Positions 59,531-64,000 of a stretch of 64,000 nucleotides of DNA are shown here, piece after piece. Each line of letters begins with the position of its first letter. Within the stretch, counting starts at the first letter, position 1. Where the stretch lies: contig CBDHHL010000056.1 in assembly GCA_965263355.1 (NCBI GenBank), positions 224,001-288,000 of the forward strand, given 5' to 3'. The position numbers and the translations under genes were made by a program. The DNA comes from Leptolyngbyaceae cyanobacterium. Its GTDB lineage: Bacteria > Cyanobacteriota > Cyanobacteriia > Phormidesmidales > Phormidesmidaceae. Under the pieces are notes generated by a model that was not told the DNA's origin, made no database searches, and saw only the letters and a program-made list of their open reading frames with translations.

Positions 59531-60718
59531 ATGCCCATTGCCTTTTTACCCATGCAATTTGCCGCTCGCCTTGCGCCACTCCAAGCCAATGTCTTTGCCG
59601 ATATGGATCGCGCTAAAGGTCGGGCGTGGGCAGCGGGCAAGTCCATCATAGATTTATCGTTAGGGTCTTCAGATCAACCAACGCCAAAGCATGTATTGGA
59701 TGCGATCGCAACAGCAGTTCATGATCCATCCACCCATGGTTACAACTTATTTGAAAGTACCCGCGCGTTTCGTCAGGCTGCGGCCCGGTGGTACACCCAT
59801 AAGTTTGGCATTGCAGTAGATCCAGAAACGGAAGTGCTGCAACTCATTGGCTCCCAGGAAGGGACTGCCCATCTGCCCCTGGCACTCTTGAATCCGGGGG
59901 ATTTTGCATTGCTGACAGACCCTTGCTATCCCTCCCATGCGGGCGGCATTCACCTGGCCAACGGGCAAATTTACCCCATGCCGTTATTAGCAGAGCATGG
60001 GTTTTTACCAGTATTCAAAGATATTCCAGCAGCAGTATTGGCCCAAGCGCGGTTAATGGTGCTCAGTTATCCCCACAATCCCACAACGGCTACCGCAACG
60101 CCTGAGTTTTTTGCCGAGGCCGTGACCTTTTGCCAAGCCCATGGCCTGGTGCTGGCCCATGATTTTCCCTACGCCGACCATTGCTTTAATGGGCAGCCGG
60201 CTCCGTCAGTGCTGCAGATAGATTGCGACAAGATCTGCTCCATCGAGTTTTTTAGCTTTTCTAAAGCCTATAATATGGGTGGATTTCGCATTGCCTACGC
60301 CATTGGTAACCCTGAACTGATTTTGGCCCTGCGCCAGGTCAAGGCAACAGTTGATTTTAATCAGTATCAAGGAATTTTGCAGGGTGCGATCGCGGCCCTT
60401 GAAGGCCCTCAGGACTGTGTTTACGCTACGGTCAATACGTTTAAAGCTCGTCGGGATGCTATGGTGAGTGCGCTAAATCACCATGGTTGGGCTGTTACTA
60501 GCCCTGAGGCCACTATGTATCTGTGGGCAAAATTGCCTGAGCAGTTTAGTGATTCTATAGATTTTTGCGTACGTTTAGTAGAATCCACTGGTGTAGCTCT
60601 GGCACCGGGCAGAGGGTTTGGCAAGTCCGGCGAAGGCTATGTTCGCTTTGCCCTGGTGCATCCCCCCGAAGTTTTAGAACAGGTGGCCCAACAGATTGTT
60701 GAGTTTATGGATACGTAA
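59531..60718 (+). CDS. PLP-dependent class I/II aminotransferase (LL-diaminopimelate aminotransferase-like)
   Basis: IDLSLG, YPHNPT, HDFPY, SFSKAYNMGGFRI. Confidence 0.85.
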   Translation: MPIAFLPMQFAARLAPLQANVFADMDRAKGRAWAAGKSIIDLSLGSSDQPTPKHVLDAIATAVHDPSTHGYNLFESTRAFRQAAARWYTHKFGIAVDPETEVLQLIGSQEGTAHLPLALLNPGDFALLTDPCYPSHAGGIHLANGQIYPMPLLAEHGFLPVFKDIPAAVLAQARLMVLSYPHNPTTATATPEFFAEAVTFCQAHGLVLAHDFPYADHCFNGQPAPSVLQIDCDKICSIEFFSFSKAYNMGGFRIAYAIGNPELILALRQVKATVDFNQYQGILQGAIAALEGPQDCVYATVNTFKARRDAMVSALNHHGWAVTSPEATMYLWAKLPEQFSDSIDFCVRLVESTGVALAPGRGFGKSGEGYVRFALVHPPEVLEQVAQQIVEFMDT

Positions 60719-61019
60719 AGATCAATCCAACTTATAGAAAGTTTATTGAAGGGTGAGAGCAATTGAGATTACCTATCTCAATTATCTGAAACGTTTTTGC
60801 TCATAAGGTCTACACTCGCCAACCATTTTTACTATGCCTATGGGTATGGTTTATACGAAGAAAAATAGATTTCCAGTATTTATACGTACATGCTCAGAAC
60901 TTCACGATTCATAGTATGCTTGCCTATTAATGTGTTGGTTAAAGTAATTAAAAGTTATTTTTATTGGAGTAATGATGTCAATGATACGTCTATCCGTAAC
61001 TGTTAAGTAGCCTATTATT

Positions 61020-61520
61020 GTGCTGCAGCTATCTATGAATTTTTCAGAAGGGCAACGCCGCATCATCCTAATCGAAGACGATTACGGTAATCGTGTGTTG
61101 TTTGCAGACTTTTTAGAACACTGCGGCTATCGGGTATTGCCCCTAGCTGATGGGCATAACTGCATTGAGATGATGCAAGAGTTTATGCCTCATCTGGTAT
61201 TGCTAGATATTAAACTGCCCCATGTCGATGGTCTCACCCTAATCCAGACAATTCGGCAGCATCCTCAGTTTTGTACCATCCCTATTTTAGTGGTCAGCGG
61301 CTATGCATTTCAGGCAGATCGGAGGAAAGCGATAGCGGCTGGGGCGACTGACTATATGGTTAAACCGATTTTGCCTGCCACCCTAAACAGTAAAATTCTC
61401 TCGCTATTACAACTACCGCCCACAGCTATTTCTCAAGGAAATATTTCTGAAGAAAGTAGCTCTCAAGAGAGTTTTTATCAAGACTCAGACCCCGACTCAC
61501 CGTCAGAGTTTTGGCGCTGA
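61020..61520 (+). CDS. Single-domain response regulator
   Basis: LIEDD, LLDIKLP, YMVKP. Confidence 0.88.
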   Translation: MLQLSMNFSEGQRRIILIEDDYGNRVLFADFLEHCGYRVLPLADGHNCIEMMQEFMPHLVLLDIKLPHVDGLTLIQTIRQHPQFCTIPILVVSGYAFQADRRKAIAAGATDYMVKPILPATLNSKILSLLQLPPTAISQGNISEESSSQESFYQDSDPDSPSEFWR

Positions 61521-61684
61521 GCATTGATAAATTGCTCCGTCGCTTGATTTAGGTTTTTCAGCGAGACATTAATCTCTTCTACCGTTTCATTCAAGTTAGA
61601 TGAGAGTAGTGTTAACCGCTGGAGCTGATTAAGCGCATCGCCCATCGCTTCACGATAATATTGTTCAAATTCCTCTAGAGACAT
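61478..61684 (-). CDS. Small coiled-coil hypothetical protein
   Basis: 68 aa helical ORF convergent with, and overlapping, the response regulator. Confidence 0.45.
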   Translation of the reverse strand: MSLEEFEQYYREAMGDALNQLQRLTLLSSNLNETVEEINVSLKNLNQATEQFINAQRQNSDGESGSES

Positions 61685-61863
61685 GGTGTTTACGCGTTGA
61701 CATGGCTCTAGTGTCTGCTAATTTTGAATTTAATTGGGCAAGAATTGCGAAAATATCCGTAAAATTCATGTGGTGTTTGATACGTAAGACGTCAGCTTTA
61801 TACGGACAACCCATCTGCGCAAAATGTCTTAGCCCGTTAAGACAATTCACTACCCACCGTTCA

Positions 61864-63039
61864 CTACTCACCGTCTTTTGCAGAATTCTGAACCCGGCAC
61901 GACATTAAATTATACAAAGTATCTCGTTGTTGACCAGGGCGATTTAGGGTAGCGATCGCCCCCTTCAAATCCTCCACCGACTGGCAAGTGCCTCCCTGAG
62001 CACCAGCCATAGACGTAATGTGTTCTTCCATCAGGGTGCCGCCAATATCGTTGCACCCCCAGCGTAAAGCTTCAGTAGCACTGTCCAGACCCAGTTTTAC
62101 CCAGCTGGGCTGATGATTTTTGATCCAACGTCCCAGGTAGATGCGGGCAACTGCGGTAAGCAATAGGGCATCGGTGACGATGGGCTGGTCTCGGCCCACC
62201 CGCTTACGCAGAGGAGCAGGGGCATCCTGACCGACAAAAGGGAGCAATATAAATTCAGTAATGCCCGTAGTCCCCCGAGATAAAGACCGTTGCTGCAGCT
62301 GCCGTAACTGTTCTAAATGGCCAATTTGCTGCTCAATGGTTTCAATGTGGCCGGACAGTAGGGTACTTGTGGTGGGCATACCTACCTGATGGGCCTGGGC
62401 TACGATCTCCAACCAGGTAGCTGTGTTAATTTTTTCAGGACAGAGGATGCGTCGCACCCGATCATCAAGGACCTCAGCAGCTGTGCCTGGTAGCGAGCCC
62501 ACACCTGCCTGGGCTAATTCTCGAATCACCGTGGTAAAGTCTAGACCATCTTCACGGGCAATAAACTGGACTTCCTGGGGAGAAAAGGCATGGATGTGGA
62601 GGGCAGGGAATTGGGCTTTTATGGTGATGACGAGTTGTTGATAATAGTCCAGGGAACGGCCTTTGATTTTAGCCGTAGGATTAAGCCCTCCCTGCATACA
62701 AATTTCCGTCGCGCCTGCCTCTATAGCAGCGGTTGCTTTTTCTAGAATGGTTTCCCAGTTTAGCCAATAGGCCCCTGATTGCCCCTGATCTCGACGAAAC
62801 GCACAAAAGCTACAGTGCTGTTCGCAAATGTTGGTGTAATTTATATTGCGATTGACAATGTAAGTGACGGTGTTCCCTACCTGTTGCTGCCGTAGTTGGT
62901 CGGCTGCGATGCGAATATTTTCTACGGTCTCAGCTGTCGTTTGGCTTAACAGGGTAATCCCCTCGTCTGGGGAAATATCCTGACCTTCCAAGGCGCGATC
63001 TAGAATGTTAGCTATGGTTGAGGTTACTGGAAGGGGCAT
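61864..63039 (-). CDS. cofH: FO synthase subunit CofH (radical SAM)
   Basis: [17 protein letters not shown] (CxxxCxxC), [18 protein letters not shown]. Confidence 0.92.
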   Translation of the reverse strand: MPLPVTSTIANILDRALEGQDISPDEGITLLSQTTAETVENIRIAADQLRQQQVGNTVTYIVNRNINYTNICEQHCSFCAFRRDQGQSGAYWLNWETILEKATAAIEAGATEICMQGGLNPTAKIKGRSLDYYQQLVITIKAQFPALHIHAFSPQEVQFIAREDGLDFTTVIRELAQAGVGSLPGTAAEVLDDRVRRILCPEKINTATWLEIVAQAHQVGMPTTSTLLSGHIETIEQQIGHLEQLRQLQQRSLSRGTTGITEFILLPFVGQDAPAPLRKRVGRDQPIVTDALLLTAVARIYLGRWIKNHQPSWVKLGLDSATEALRWGCNDIGGTLMEEHITSMAGAQGGTCQSVEDLKGAIATLNRPGQQRDTLYNLMSCRVQNSAKDGE

Positions 63040-63152
63040 TACAAGCGCTGCAATATAAATTCGAAAGGGTAGCGGGAAGTTAATTCCTCAAGGGACCGTC
63101 AATTATGATGGCTGTTTGATTCTATACAAAGTGATCTTATTCCGAAATCATT

Positions 63153-64000
63153 ATGATGCAATTACTAGCGGGTGACATCGGCGGGACTAAAACTATTTTG
63201 CGTTTGGTGCAGTTTGACGGCAATGTGAGAGACACTCTCCATGAGCAACGCTTTGTTAGTAGTGATTATGCTGACCTGGTGCCGTTGGTCAAGGATTTTC
63301 TGGCAGCAGCTCCGGTGGCTGCTCACCCCCAAACGGCCTGCTTTGCCATTGCTGGCCCCGTCGTTAACAATTGCTCCCAGCTAACGAATTTGGCCTGGTC
63401 CCTGCGTAGCGATCGCATCGCTGACGAACTGGGCCTAAACACGGTAGAACTGATCAATGACTTTTCTGCTGTGGGCTATGGTGTACTGGGCTTAACACCG
63501 GAGGATCTATGTACGCTGCAGGCGGGAACTCCCGATGAGCAAGCCCCCATTGCCATCATTGGTGCAGGCACCGGGCTAGGCCAGGGATTTTTGATTAACT
63601 GTGGTGGTCAGTATCAGGTATTTCCGTCAGAGGGTGGGCATGTGGACTTTGCGCCCCGTTCTGAGCTGGAGTTTCAGCTGTTGCACTACCTCTTAGAAAA
63701 ACATGCCATTTCTCGCGTTTCGGTAGAACGGGTGGTTTCAGGTCAGGGCATTGTGTCGATCTATCAGTTTTTGCGCGATCGCAACTTTGCCACCGAGTCC
63801 GAAGAGCTGGGTCAAATCGTTCGGAACTGGGAACAAGGGGCGGGGCACCGGAGCGAACTCCCTGATCCAGCGGCTGCGATTTCTAAGGCGGCGACCACCG
63901 ATCGCTTAGCGGGCCGCACCATGGAAATGTTTATTGATGCTTACGGGGCCGCTGCTGGTAATTTGGCACTCAAGCTCTTACCGTATGGTGGTCTTTACGT
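63153..64000 (+). CDS. glk: Glucokinase (3' end lies outside the window)
   Basis: MMQLLAGDIGGTKT, FAIAGPV, LINDF, GAGTGLG, SEGGH, ERVVSG; missed by the ORF track because it has no stop in the window. Confidence 0.93.
   Translation, partial: MMQLLAGDIGGTKTILRLVQFDGNVRDTLHEQRFVSSDYADLVPLVKDFLAAAPVAAHPQTACFAIAGPVVNNCSQLTNLAWSLRSDRIADELGLNTVELINDFSAVGYGVLGLTPEDLCTLQAGTPDEQAPIAIIGAGTGLGQGFLINCGGQYQVFPSEGGHVDFAPRSELEFQLLHYLLEKHAISRVSVERVVSGQGIVSIYQFLRDRNFATESEELGQIVRNWEQGAGHRSELPDPAAAISKAATTDRLAGRTMEMFIDAYGAAAGNLALKLLPYGGLY

Overview
Chromosomal window from a cyanobacterium, probably filamentous. The evidence is frequent HIP1 octamers (GCGATCGC) plus ycf46/ycf35, vipp1, cofH and Uma2 genes. Housekeeping genes include yidD, tadA, a plsC-like acyltransferase, rpmF, SUI1, gnd, an aminotransferase, cofH and glk. 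Accessory blocks: (i) two remnant Nit1C/MSMEG_0565-0572 genes, an intact stand-alone TIR-SLOG fusion, and an IS1634 scar that truncates an antitoxin-like gene; (ii) a ~14.5 kb locus encoding TpsA/TpsB, a TPR-CHAT protease, DUF928, a CHASE2 kinase, a pseudokinase, a response regulator and a sigma/HetZ-like protein; (iii) a secreted-enzyme region with a lipase-like protein, an ExeM nuclease with a candidate Pho box, and a free-standing copy of the ExeM C-terminal domain, followed by an unexplained 3 x 132-133 bp tandem array; (iv) a decayed pseudogene patch; (v) a pseudo-orthocaspase and a chromosomal ParM/ParR-like (CorMR-type) pair. A 73-bp TA-flanked MITE-like element occurs five times. No rRNA, tRNA or CRISPR array was seen. 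All family calls are by-eye motif recognition; no database searches were run.
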